24,000 nucleotides of DNA from Lachnospiraceae bacterium (GCA_024698715.1 JAILRA010000033.1:104980-128979), one strand, 5' to 3'. Counted from the stretch's first letter, positions 1 through 8,189 are shown. Numbers and translations are program-made. The notes: generated by a model not told the origin, from the sequence alone.

Positions 1-446
1 CCTTCTACAAACGCCGCGACTATACAAGAGTTGTTGACGGAAGAAATCCCATCGTAGCACATGAATTTCTCGGAACAAGCGTTGAGGGAAAAGACATTCT
101 CGTTCTCGACGATATGATATCTTCCGGCGAATCGGTACTCGAAGTTGCCGCTGCCCTTAAAGAAAGACGTGCAAACAGAATATTTATTCTGACAACATTC
201 GGACTTTTCACAAATGGTCTGGAAAAATTCGACAAAGCTTACGAGGAAGGAACCATTTACAGAGTTCTTACCACAAACCTTGTTTACCAGACTCCGGAAC
301 TGCTCGAACGTGAATGGTACATCAACTGCGATATGAGCAAATACATTGCATATATCATCGATACGCTCAACCATGATGCGTCAATAAGCGATCTGCTCAA
401 TCCGACTGACAGGATCACTCGTCTTCTTTCATCGAGAGACCAATAA
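1..446 (+). CDS. Ribose-phosphate pyrophosphokinase (Prs) family protein, C-terminal part; the 5' end lies outside the window
   Basis: The frame opens at the window edge (first full codon at nt 3) and stops at TAA 444-446. The translation FYKRRDYTRVVDGRNPIVAHEFLGTSVEGKDILVLDDMISSGES contains the KRR and PRPP-binding loop pattern (hydrophobic run-DD-x-x-S/T-G) typical of Prs and PRTases. The tail after the loop is longer than in classical Prs. Confidence 0.65.
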   Translation, partial: FYKRRDYTRVVDGRNPIVAHEFLGTSVEGKDILVLDDMISSGESVLEVAAALKERRANRIFILTTFGLFTNGLEKFDKAYEEGTIYRVLTTNLVYQTPELLEREWYINCDMSKYIAYIIDTLNHDASISDLLNPTDRITRLLSSRDQ

Positions 447-499
447 AACAGGCTGTTTTTCTAGTTCATAACCTTATTTATTTACTTCATCAAAATAAT

Positions 500-528
500 T
501 TGACTTTGATTTACATAAGTGGTATCTT
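500..528 (+). promoter_or_regulatory. Sigma-A-type promoter for the pilin gene
   Basis: TTGACT (500-505), a 17-nt spacer, then TATCTT (523-528) preceded by TGg (extended -10). An RBS AAAGGTGGA lies at about 552-560, upstream of ATG 567. Confidence 0.5.
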
Positions 529-566
529 AACTTTAAGGTGGAGATTTGAAAAAAGGTGGATGAACT

Positions 567-1034
567 ATGAAAAATAAAGGCTTTTCTATGATAGAACTTA
601 TCATTGTAGTTGCAATTATGGCAATACTGGTCGGAATGATGGTTCCCGTGCTGATCAAGTTCATTGAAAAATCAAATGTTTCAAGTGATTATCAGCTCGT
701 TGATACCGTTCGTTCGGCTGTATCCTATTCCATTGTCGACGCAAAGGTTAAGGACGATCCCAACAGTCAGTCCGATCTTGCAAGCATGGAAGCAGGTCCC
801 ATTGATATTACCACAATCCGTACCGACTCCGTATTAATGGAAAGCATTACCGAATACATCGGTCAGAACCCTTCGGTGATCGTCAGTCAGGTAAGATCAA
901 AACACGGTTCGGGATGTCAGTGCATGGTATCGACCATAAACGGTATCGTTAAGGTAACATTAACGGAAACCGATGAAACAGCCGGAGGAGATACTTCTTC
1001 TTCAAGTACCAACAATGATATCACTGTAGAATAA
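567..1034 (+). CDS. Type IV pilin / pseudopilin-like protein with a prepilin-type N-terminal cleavage/methylation domain
   Basis: The N-terminus MKNKG|FSMIELIIVVAIMAILVG is a canonical class III signal: Gly at -1, Phe at +1, Glu at +5, followed by a hydrophobic helix. 155 aa with two Cys near the C-terminus (GSGCQC) and a Ser/Thr/Asp-rich tail (TETDETAGGDTSSSSTNNDITVE). It has a good RBS, its own promoter and its own terminator. Confidence 0.85.
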   Translation: MKNKGFSMIELIIVVAIMAILVGMMVPVLIKFIEKSNVSSDYQLVDTVRSAVSYSIVDAKVKDDPNSQSDLASMEAGPIDITTIRTDSVLMESITEYIGQNPSVIVSQVRSKHGSGCQCMVSTINGIVKVTLTETDETAGGDTSSSSTNNDITVE

Positions 1035-1054
1035 AAATTTTCTGATATAAAAAT

Positions 1055-1089
1055 ATGAGGCAGGATTTGATCCATGCCTCATTTTTTTA
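1055..1089. terminator. Bidirectional rho-independent terminator between the convergent pilin and galE genes
   Basis: The stem ATGAGGCA (1055-1062) pairs with TGCCTCAT (1075-1082). T7 follows on the plus strand, and the minus-strand reading has an A-rich left flank giving a T-run. Confidence 0.75.
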
Positions 1090-1104
1090 TTCTGTCTTTT
1101 TTAC

Positions 1105-2121
1105 TTATTCCTCGTATCCGTTGGGATTGTTCTTCTGCCAGTTCCATGAATCGCGGCACATCTCTTCTATTCCGCGTTCCGCTTTCCATCCGAGTTCTTC
1201 ATATGCTTTTTGCGGTGAAGCGTAGCACTCGTCAATGTCGCCCGGTCTTCTCGCTTTTATCGAATACGGGATCTTGAGATCGTTGACTTTCTCAAAAGTA
1301 TTGACCACATCAAGAACGCTGTATCCGGTTCCTGTTCCGAGATTGTATATCTTCGTTCCCTTTATGGAATCAATCTTTTCGATAGCTTTTACATGTCCTG
1401 CGGCAAGATCCACCACATGGATATAATCTCTTACACCGGTACCGTCATGTGTTTTGTAATCATTTCCGAATACACCGAGTTCTTCTCTCTTACCGACAGC
1501 AACCTGAGTAATGTAGGGCATAAGGTTATTCGGTATTCCGTTAGGATTCTCACCGATCCTTCCCGATTCATGTGCACCTATGGGATTGAAATATCTCAAA
1601 AGGATCACTGTCCATTCGGGATCTGCCTTCGCCATATCCGTAAGTATGATCTCAAGCATTCTCTTTGTCATTCCGTAAGGATTGGTTATCTCTCCTATGG
1701 GGCATTCCTCGGTTATAGGAACGAATGCAGGTGCTCCGTAAACCGTTGCGGAAGATGAAAAAACAATCTTCTTAACATTATGATCATTCATTACTTTTAA
1801 TAACGTTAATGTACCGTGTACATTATTATCGTAATACAGCCAGGGTTTCGAAACACTCTCTCCGACTGCCTTTAATCCGGCAAAATGAATACAGGAATCA
1901 ATCTTCTCATTCTCGAAGATATTATTAAGTGCTTCTTCGTCACGAATGTCAGCTTCATAGAATTTCGCTTTCTTTCCTGTAAGCTCAGCCACTCTTTCCA
2001 GACTCTTTTTGTCGGAATTGGATAAATTATCCAAAACAACAACTTCATATCCGGCATTAAGAAGTTCAAGAACGGTATGACTTCCTATATAGCCTGTTCC
2101 ACCGGTAACCAAAATTGACAT
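1105..2121 (-). CDS. galE: UDP-glucose 4-epimerase
   Basis: 338 aa from ATG 2121, with the RBS AAAGGAGAAAGCTAT upstream. The N-terminal Rossmann motif is [16 protein letters not shown], and the protein has full-length GalE-like sequence (YGxxK-type SDR, ...[10 protein letters not shown]...). The longer ORF-track start at 2181 lacks an RBS. Confidence 0.93.
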   Translation of the reverse strand: MSILVTGGTGYIGSHTVLELLNAGYEVVVLDNLSNSDKKSLERVAELTGKKAKFYEADIRDEEALNNIFENEKIDSCIHFAGLKAVGESVSKPWLYYDNNVHGTLTLLKVMNDHNVKKIVFSSSATVYGAPAFVPITEECPIGEITNPYGMTKRMLEIILTDMAKADPEWTVILLRYFNPIGAHESGRIGENPNGIPNNLMPYITQVAVGKREELGVFGNDYKTHDGTGVRDYIHVVDLAAGHVKAIEKIDSIKGTKIYNLGTGTGYSVLDVVNTFEKVNDLKIPYSIKARRPGDIDECYASPQKAYEELGWKAERGIEEMCRDSWNWQKNNPNGYEE

Positions 2122-2286
2122 ATAGCTTTCTCCTTTATCTGTAAATTTAATCTTCCGAAACCGGTTATTGCTCTCTTGCATAAATGTACCTGTTTACCCG
2201 ATCCGGGAAAATCATCATCTGTTAAAAAGATGATAAAGTATTCCCCAGGGGAAGAGTCAACACCGAATTTTTAAGCATTTTTCAGA

Positions 2287-3207
2287 TCATTTCCAAAGGT
2301 CTTCGGGATAAACTCCGGCATCCTTTAATGCTTTGATCGAAGCTACTACAAAAGGCTTGTCTTCCTTATATGTCACGCCGAACCATTTGTCCTTTGACGA
2401 AAGAACGCGAACGGTAGCTTTGTCTGCCTTGAGCAGTCCGTCAACTTCTATGGGAATGAAGCATTCCGCTTTCAGAGGATTTGCTTCCACTTTGTTTTTG
2501 AAGAACTCATCAAGGGATCTGCCGAATTCTTTGATGATGCTCGGATAAAATCCCCACATGTTCATGGATACGGGTGTATCGGGTGAAATATCCGTATATG
2601 TTTCCCCGCCGTCCTCCGAATAAGCGGCACCGTTTTCGGTCTTGATGATATTTGTCCTCTCGGCAATCGTTACAAGATATCCGTCTTCGCTTGTCACACA
2701 TACGCCTCTTGCCACGGAACCGTTTTCGGTAAGCGTGTTTCCAAGCCTGTATCCGACCATTGCATATCTGTATTTGTCATCATCGGAATGTGAAACAAGA
2801 TAATCATAAAGAACTTTAAATGCTTCAACACCGTAATAATCATCGGCATTGATCACGGCAAAAGGAGCATCGATCACGTCACGGCATGAATAGATCGCAT
2901 GAGCCGTTCCCCAGGGTTTCTGTCTTCCTTCGGGAATAACGAATCCTTCGGGAACATCATTCAGATCCTGGAATACGAAATTAACTTCCATATGCTTTGA
3001 TACTCTGTCGCCGATAACTTCCCTGAAAGCCTGTTCGTTCTCTTTTTTAATGATAAAAACCGCTCTCTCAAAACCTGCACGCATGGCATCATAAAGCGAA
3101 AAATCAATAATGATATGTCCTTTTTCGTCCACCGGATCGATCTGCTTAAGTCCCCCGTATCTCGATCCCATTCCTGCTGCCATGATAACTAAAATAGGTT
3201 TGTTCAT
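2287..3207 (-). CDS. Sugar-1-phosphate nucleotidyltransferase (NTP_transferase / GT-A fold family); substrate unknown
   Basis: The N-terminal signature is ILVIMAAGMGSRYGGLKQ (G-x-G-x-R nucleotide-binding loop). An INADDYYG motif is present. The gene sits directly upstream of galE on the same strand. I chose the start at ATG 3207 (GGGAGG then 6 nt); ATG 3213 is the alternative. Confidence 0.75.
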   Translation of the reverse strand: MNKPILVIMAAGMGSRYGGLKQIDPVDEKGHIIIDFSLYDAMRAGFERAVFIIKKENEQAFREVIGDRVSKHMEVNFVFQDLNDVPEGFVIPEGRQKPWGTAHAIYSCRDVIDAPFAVINADDYYGVEAFKVLYDYLVSHSDDDKYRYAMVGYRLGNTLTENGSVARGVCVTSEDGYLVTIAERTNIIKTENGAAYSEDGGETYTDISPDTPVSMNMWGFYPSIIKEFGRSLDEFFKNKVEANPLKAECFIPIEVDGLLKADKATVRVLSSKDKWFGVTYKEDKPFVVASIKALKDAGVYPEDLWK

Positions 3208-3285
3208 ATTCATCCTCCCTGTTAGTGCTCCGATCATTCTTCAGATCGAAAACTGATTTATATTTACAGATTTTTTCTTAATGCT

Positions 3286-5397
3286 CTATACTTCAAAAAG
3301 CAGATCACCGTACGAAGGTATCGGCCAGAATTCCTTGTCGGTTATTCTTTCAAGTTCATCCGCATAATTTCTTATCTCTTCCATACGGACCTTAACCCTG
3401 TCTCTGTATGCAAATGCTTTCTCTTTGTTGCTCTTTATCGTTCTGACTTCTTTCAGATCTCCTTCAAGCAGAGCTATGGATCCGGAAAGATTATTGCAGA
3501 GTCCGTTGACTTTCTCGAGAAGCTCCTTCGCAGTTCCTATTATCACGCCTGCCTGTTCTCCTTTGTTAAAGGTATCCGCAAGTTCATTCATATAACTTAT
3601 CTCTGCGGGAAGGATCTGTCTCTTGATCATTTCTCTTAAGCAGTTTGCTTCTATGTTCAGAGTTTTCGAATAGGTCTCATAAAGGATCTCTTTTCTGGAT
3701 TCCAGTTCGGCCTTTGTGAAAATACCGAATTTCTCGAACAGTCTGATGCTCTTTTCGCTTGTTAACGTATCAACTGCATCAAGCATTGTGGGAAGGTTCG
3801 GAAGTCCTCTTCTTTCGGCCTCTTTAACCCATTCCGGCGAATAGTTGTTACCGTTAAACACTATCCTCTGATGAGCGGTAACGTATTCTTTGATTATATC
3901 ATGTACAGCTTCGTCAAAATTATCGGAAGCTTCTATCCTGTCGGCTGCTTCGCAAAATGCCTCGGCTACTATCGTGTTGAGGATAACATTCGGATCTCCG
4001 ATCGAATCAGCAGAACCGACCATACGAAATTCAAATTTGTTACCCGTAAAAGCAAAAGGCGAAGTTCGGTTTCTGTCTGTAGGATCAATGAGGAAATCGG
4101 GAAGCGAAGATACACCCGTTTCCAGATGATTACTCTCCATGCAGTGAGTTGCCTCTCCCTTTTCAACCAGCTGTTTTACAACATCATCCAGCTGTTCGCC
4201 GAGGAACATGGATACGATTGCGGGAGGTGCCTCATCGGCACCGAGACGGTAATCGTTGCCCACATCCGAAGCCGACTGTCTTAAAAGATCGGCATGTGTG
4301 TCAACCGCTTTCATGATACATGCAAGAACAAAAAGGAACTGAATGTTTTCATTCGGCGTTTCACCCGGATCGAGAAGATTCATTCCGTTATCGGTATTTA
4401 AAGACCAGTTGTTATGCTTGCCTGAACCGTTTATTCCCTTAAAAGGTTTTTCGTGAAGAAGGCATGCCATTGAATGTCTCTCGGCAACCTTTTTCATTGT
4501 TTCCATCACAAGCTGATTGTGATCTGTTGCAATATTCGCGGTCTCGTAAATGGGTGCAAGCTCATGCTGCGCAGGCGCTACTTCGTTATGCTGTGTTTTC
4601 GCGGTAACGCCGATCTTCCATAATTCAAGATTCACATCCTTCATGAACGCACCTATACGTTCCCTGATGCATCCGTAATAATGGTCATCCATTTCCTGAC
4701 CTTTTGCGGGAGGGCATCCTATAAGGGTTCTTCCCGTATAGATAAGGTCCTGTCTTTGAAGATAAAGATCACGGTCAACCAGAAAATATTCCTGTTCGGC
4801 GCCTACCGAAGCAACTACTTTTTTGGCTTCTTTATTGCCGAAGAGTCTTACGATCCTCAGGCCCTGTTCGTTGATCGCCTGCATTGAACGAAGAAGGGGA
4901 GTTTTTTTATCAAGTGCTTCACCCTTGTATGAGCAGAATGCGGTGGGAATACAGAGAATCGTACCCGTTGCATCTTCCTTAAGGAAAGCCGGAGAAGTTA
5001 TATCCCATGCCGTATATCCTCTGGCTTCAAAAGTTGCTCTGAGTCCGCCCGAAGGGAAACTCGATGCATCGGATTCTCCTTTTATAAGTTCCTTGCCGGA
5101 AAATTCCATTATCATCCTGCCTTCTTTGTCGGGATGGGAAATAAAGGAATCGTGTTTCTCGGCCGTTGTTCCTGTAAGAGGCTGAAACCAGTGAGTATAA
5201 TGCGTGGCACCGTTTTCTATTGCCCACTCTTTCATGGCATTGGCAACAATATTAGCGGTTCTTTTAGACAGTTCCCCGCCGAAATCGGCAACCTGCATTA
5301 CTTCTTCAAAAGCCTCTTTCGGAAGCATTTCCTTCATCTTGCCAACGGTAAAAACATTCCTGGCAAATATCTCTTCGATGTTGATCAAATCTTTCAT
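3286..5397 (-). CDS. glnN: Glutamine synthetase type III (GSIII)
   Basis: 703 aa, which is the GSIII size class. It contains blocks I recognise from Bacteroides/Ruminococcus GlnN: THYTHWFQPLTG-TAEKHD, DASSFPSGGLRATFEARGYTAWD, HNEVAPAQHELAPIYE, NGSGKHNNWS, NRTSPFAFTGNKFEFR, and a C-terminal WPIPSYGDLLFEV. Confidence 0.95.
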   Translation of the reverse strand: MKDLINIEEIFARNVFTVGKMKEMLPKEAFEEVMQVADFGGELSKRTANIVANAMKEWAIENGATHYTHWFQPLTGTTAEKHDSFISHPDKEGRMIMEFSGKELIKGESDASSFPSGGLRATFEARGYTAWDITSPAFLKEDATGTILCIPTAFCSYKGEALDKKTPLLRSMQAINEQGLRIVRLFGNKEAKKVVASVGAEQEYFLVDRDLYLQRQDLIYTGRTLIGCPPAKGQEMDDHYYGCIRERIGAFMKDVNLELWKIGVTAKTQHNEVAPAQHELAPIYETANIATDHNQLVMETMKKVAERHSMACLLHEKPFKGINGSGKHNNWSLNTDNGMNLLDPGETPNENIQFLFVLACIMKAVDTHADLLRQSASDVGNDYRLGADEAPPAIVSMFLGEQLDDVVKQLVEKGEATHCMESNHLETGVSSLPDFLIDPTDRNRTSPFAFTGNKFEFRMVGSADSIGDPNVILNTIVAEAFCEAADRIEASDNFDEAVHDIIKEYVTAHQRIVFNGNNYSPEWVKEAERRGLPNLPTMLDAVDTLTSEKSIRLFEKFGIFTKAELESRKEILYETYSKTLNIEANCLREMIKRQILPAEISYMNELADTFNKGEQAGVIIGTAKELLEKVNGLCNNLSGSIALLEGDLKEVRTIKSNKEKAFAYRDRVKVRMEEIRNYADELERITDKEFWPIPSYGDLLFEV

Positions 5398-5403
5398 TTT
5401 GAA

Positions 5404-6636
5404 TTACTCCGCCTGTGTATTTTTGACTCTAAGTATATCTCCTTCTTCGGGAATGATACTTAAGAATATTCTGAGTTTTTGCTTTGAATGAGGACATGAA
5501 TCCATATGATTGCCGTCCTCGTCATGAATATCAAGTACCTCGGTAAAGATATTTCTTCCGTCAGGTTTCATGATCTCTATGGTATCACCGACGCAAAACT
5601 TGTTTTTCTGTTCAATGTACACAGATTCACTGTCCGTTTTATCGGACATACCGAGATACGTGTATTCGTTGATATATGTATTGTTATCGTATATCTGTGT
5701 TTCTTCCGACGGTTTTGAGAAATAAAAACCGGTCGTAAACTGTCTGTATGTACATTTGGAAATCTCCGAAATATACCATTCGATGTTTGAACGGTACTTT
5801 TCTTCGCTTTCAAAATAATCGTCAATCGCTTTTCTGTATGTTCTGGCCACACAGGCAACATAAAGTGCCGTTTTCATTCTTCCCTCTATTTTGAAAGAAT
5901 TTATGCCCGCATCAACCATTTCGGGAATATGTTCGATCATGCAAAGATCCTTGGAATTGAAGATGTATGTTCCTCTTTCGTTTTCGTAAACGGGAAGATA
6001 CTCTCCCGGTCTTTTCTCTTCAACAACCGCATATTTCCATCTGCATGGATGCGTGCATTCGCCTCTGTTGGCATCCCTTCCGGTAAAATAATTGGAAAGC
6101 AGGCATCTGCCCGAATACGATATGCACATTGCTCCGTGAATAAAGCTTTCGATCTCCATATCATCCGGGATATTCGCGCGTATCTCTTTTATTTCCGCCA
6201 AAGAGAGTTCTCTGGCGTTTACCACTCTTTTGGCACCCAGTTCATACCAGAACTTAAAAGTTTCATAATTGGTATTATTGGACTGAGTGGATATATGTCT
6301 CTCTATCTCCGGGCAGAATTTTTTTGCGAGCATGAACATTCCGGGATCGGATATTATAAGTCCGTCAGGCTTTATCAGGGCCATTTCCTTAAAATACTCT
6401 TCCGCTTCCTTAAGGTCTCCGTTATGCGCAAAAATATTGGCAGTAACATATACTTTAACATTCTTTGAATGTGCATATGCTATGCCTTCGATCATTTCTT
6501 CCTTTGTGAAATTTTTTGCCTTGGCTCTGAGTGAGAATACGTCTCCTCCGATATATACCGCATCCGCCCCGTAATTAACGGCAGTACGGAGTACTTCAAG
6601 GCTTCCCGCCGGGATCAGAAGTTCCGGTTTTTTCAT
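5404..6636 (-). CDS. Peptidase U32 family protein (YrrO/TrhP-like), probably the tRNA U34 5-hydroxylation factor
   Basis: 410 aa with an N-terminus MKKPELLIPAGSLEVLRTAVNYGADAVYIGG typical of U32 (PrtC-like) proteins. A Cys-rich block CISYSGRCLLSNYFTGRDANRGECTHPCRW is present. The gene lies immediately downstream of a YrrM/TrmR homologue, as in B. subtilis yrrM-yrrN-yrrO. Confidence 0.85.
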   Translation of the reverse strand: MKKPELLIPAGSLEVLRTAVNYGADAVYIGGDVFSLRAKAKNFTKEEMIEGIAYAHSKNVKVYVTANIFAHNGDLKEAEEYFKEMALIKPDGLIISDPGMFMLAKKFCPEIERHISTQSNNTNYETFKFWYELGAKRVVNARELSLAEIKEIRANIPDDMEIESFIHGAMCISYSGRCLLSNYFTGRDANRGECTHPCRWKYAVVEEKRPGEYLPVYENERGTYIFNSKDLCMIEHIPEMVDAGINSFKIEGRMKTALYVACVARTYRKAIDDYFESEEKYRSNIEWYISEISKCTYRQFTTGFYFSKPSEETQIYDNNTYINEYTYLGMSDKTDSESVYIEQKNKFCVGDTIEIMKPDGRNIFTEVLDIHDEDGNHMDSCPHSKQKLRIFLSIIPEEGDILRVKNTQAE

Positions 6637-6671
6637 AACCTGTTTATCCTTAATCTGTCAAACGAAAATAT

Positions 6672-7316
6672 TTATTTTTTTATGCTTAATGTCATACCGT
6701 CCCCGGAAGAAAGAATGACACTCTCGAGTGCTTCCTCATCTTTTAATCTCAAAAGGAAGTCTCTCATTCTGGAATGAATGGTGCGGTCCCTTCTTTCGAC
6801 GGCAAATCTCGATTCGAGGATATCACCTTCTTTAAAGATATTGTCCGTGACAAGTATCGCATCTTTTTCCATCAGCCTTAAAATGTCTTTAAGATAAGAT
6901 TCATACTGTCCTTTGGGACCGTCCAGAAAAACAAAATCAAATTTTCCCTCGAGGTTTTCCAATACTTCTTTCGCATCTCCCTCAATGAGTTTTATCTTCT
7001 TTCCGATATCATGTTTTTCAAAATTCTTTTTTGCTTCCTCTATTCTGGGAGCGTAGTTCTCGACTGTTGTGATCCTGCAGTCATCCGGAGAATATTCCGC
7101 CATGAGAAGTGCCGAAAATCCTACTGCGGTTCCTATCTCAAGAATATTCTTCGGTTTTTTCATAAATAACAAAAAACGAAGTAACTCCTGCGTCCCCTTT
7201 CTTATTATGGGTATATCATGTCCCTTCGCTTCTTTTTCCAGTTCTTCAAGATATTTTTCGAATCCTCTTGAGTGTGCTTCTATGAACACTTTTTCTCTGT
7301 CTTCGTTATTCTCCAT
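6672..7316 (-). CDS. trmR: SAM-dependent O-methyltransferase of the YrrM/TrmR family (tRNA ho5U34 to mo5U34 methyltransferase)
   Basis: Sequence from M42 of the ORF-track entry aligns with B. subtilis YrrM as I recall it: PKNILEIGTAVGFSA, VFLDGPKGQY, LVTDNIFKEG, SSGDGMTLSIKK. The upstream 41 codons are a Lys/Arg-rich alternate-frame reading of the neighbouring acidic tail. The chosen start overlaps the mltG'-like stop by 11 nt. Confidence 0.85.
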   Translation of the reverse strand: MENNEDREKVFIEAHSRGFEKYLEELEKEAKGHDIPIIRKGTQELLRFLLFMKKPKNILEIGTAVGFSALLMAEYSPDDCRITTVENYAPRIEEAKKNFEKHDIGKKIKLIEGDAKEVLENLEGKFDFVFLDGPKGQYESYLKDILRLMEKDAILVTDNIFKEGDILESRFAVERRDRTIHSRMRDFLLRLKDEEALESVILSSGDGMTLSIKK

Positions 7317-7803
7317 CCTCTGTTTCGCCCGAACCTTCTTCCTCTTCGGTATCCGCCATGTCATCTGCTTCATCCCAGAGCGTGGCTTCGTTTTTGGTCG
7401 GTACATACTCCTCGTCTTCCGAATCCTCGGCATTTTCATCGGTATCGGATGCCGACATGACCGCCATCATCTCATAAGGAGTCATTGCGGTACTCAGTTC
7501 ATATACACCGGGTTTCAGCTGGTCCTTGTATTCAGAGAGCTTTACCTGGACCATGAACAGAAATCCGCTGTCCACCAGTCCTTTTTCCGCAAGTATGTCT
7601 CCGATCTCCTTGTCTGTTTTTCCTTCTACAACTGCCACGGTTTTTATAATGCCGGGCGCCGGATCTTTTGCTTCATCCGCAAAGATCTTGTAGCCGAAAT
7701 CATAACAGGTGGAAATACAGCTGTATCCCGCATAGATCAGAGCCACAATAAATGCGACTCTCAATATTATAAACAAAATTTCCTGTAATATCTTTTTGGT
7801 CAT
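7306..7803 (-). CDS. MltG/YceG-like membrane protein with only the N-terminal TM and LysM-like domain, plus an acidic C-terminal tail; no catalytic domain
   Basis: A TM helix ILFIILRVAFIVALIYAGY is followed by IIKTVAVVEGKTDKEIGDILAEKGLVDSGFLFMVQVKLSEYKDQLKPGVYELSTAMTPYEMMAVM. This matches the MltG N-domain pattern (v.i.eG.s..eIa..L.ekGlI.s...F......lkaG.Y.l...ms). The last ~45 aa are Asp/Glu-rich. The gene occupies the yrrL (mltG) slot upstream of trmR. ATG 7803 is preferred over GTG 7806. Confidence 0.6.
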   Translation of the reverse strand: MTKKILQEILFIILRVAFIVALIYAGYSCISTCYDFGYKIFADEAKDPAPGIIKTVAVVEGKTDKEIGDILAEKGLVDSGFLFMVQVKLSEYKDQLKPGVYELSTAMTPYEMMAVMSASDTDENAEDSEDEEYVPTKNEATLWDEADDMADTEEEEGSGETEDGE

Positions 7804-7861
7804 CACAACCCTCTGTAAAAAAATGATTTACAATAAAAATACAAATGCCTTATAGGCTTTT

Positions 7862-8188
7862 TTACTCAAACTCAAGAGACTGTACCAGTTTGTAACTGAT
7901 ATCCTGAACGAGTCTGCAAAGTGCGATCTCCGCTTCAAGAAATTCCTTTGCCTGTTTGTTCTCGTAAATATATGCGTATTCTCTTTCGAACCAGTCCGCT
8001 TTATCGTACAGCTCGTCCTGCGAAGAATTGTTTTGAAGTTCCATTCTTTTATTTCTGTATTCCGAAACTTTCGCCCACATTTCTTCGTCTTTTTTCAATG
8101 CAGCGAGCTTATCTTTGTACTGCCTGTAAGTTTTGGTTTTCTTTAATTCTTTTATGAAGCTTTCAGTCGTTTTATCAAAACCGTCCAT
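7862..8188 (-). CDS. YlbF/YmcA-family (Com_YlbF-like) helical regulator protein
   Basis: 108 aa and predicted all-helical. The pattern FIKELKKTKTYRQYKDKLAALKKDEEMWAKVSEYRNKRMELQ...KEFLEAEIALCRLVQDISYKLVQSL resembles YlbF/YmcA-type proteins. Its ATG sits 1 nt after the RNase J stop, with a GAGG RBS inside the rnj 3' end. Confidence 0.55.
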   Translation of the reverse strand: MDGFDKTTESFIKELKKTKTYRQYKDKLAALKKDEEMWAKVSEYRNKRMELQNNSSQDELYDKADWFEREYAYIYENKQAKEFLEAEIALCRLVQDISYKLVQSLEFE

Positions 8189-8189
8189 A

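Noticed and set aside
2122-2181. The 20-codon N-terminal extension of galE ([20 protein letters not shown]).
   Set aside because: The internal ATG at 2121 has a strong AAAGGAG RBS and yields the canonical [13 protein letters not shown] Rossmann start. The extension has no RBS.
7317-7439. The Lys/Arg-rich 41-codon N-terminal extension of the O-methyltransferase ORF (MKMPRIRKTRSMYRPKTKPRSG...).
   Set aside because: It is the alternate-frame reading of the GAx-rich acidic tail of the upstream mltG-like gene. Similarity to YrrM/TrmR begins at the internal Met (start 7316).
7069-7788. A 239-aa plus-strand ORF and many other long antisense ORFs, for example 5929-6468, 10464-10931, 19916-20461, 21318-21938, 3871-4284 and 1393-1758.
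   Set aside because: They lie entirely opposite well-supported genes and lack RBS or promoter signals. Their translations are low-complexity or Leu/Ser/Phe/Ile-rich, typical of shadow frames of AT-rich genes.
7847-7861. A small hairpin GCCT-tat-AGGC with flanking A/T runs after the ylbF-like gene, considered as a terminator.
   Set aside because: It has only a 4-bp GC stem with a 3-nt loop, which is too weak to call. The downstream mltG-like gene has no convincing independent promoter, so read-through is more likely.
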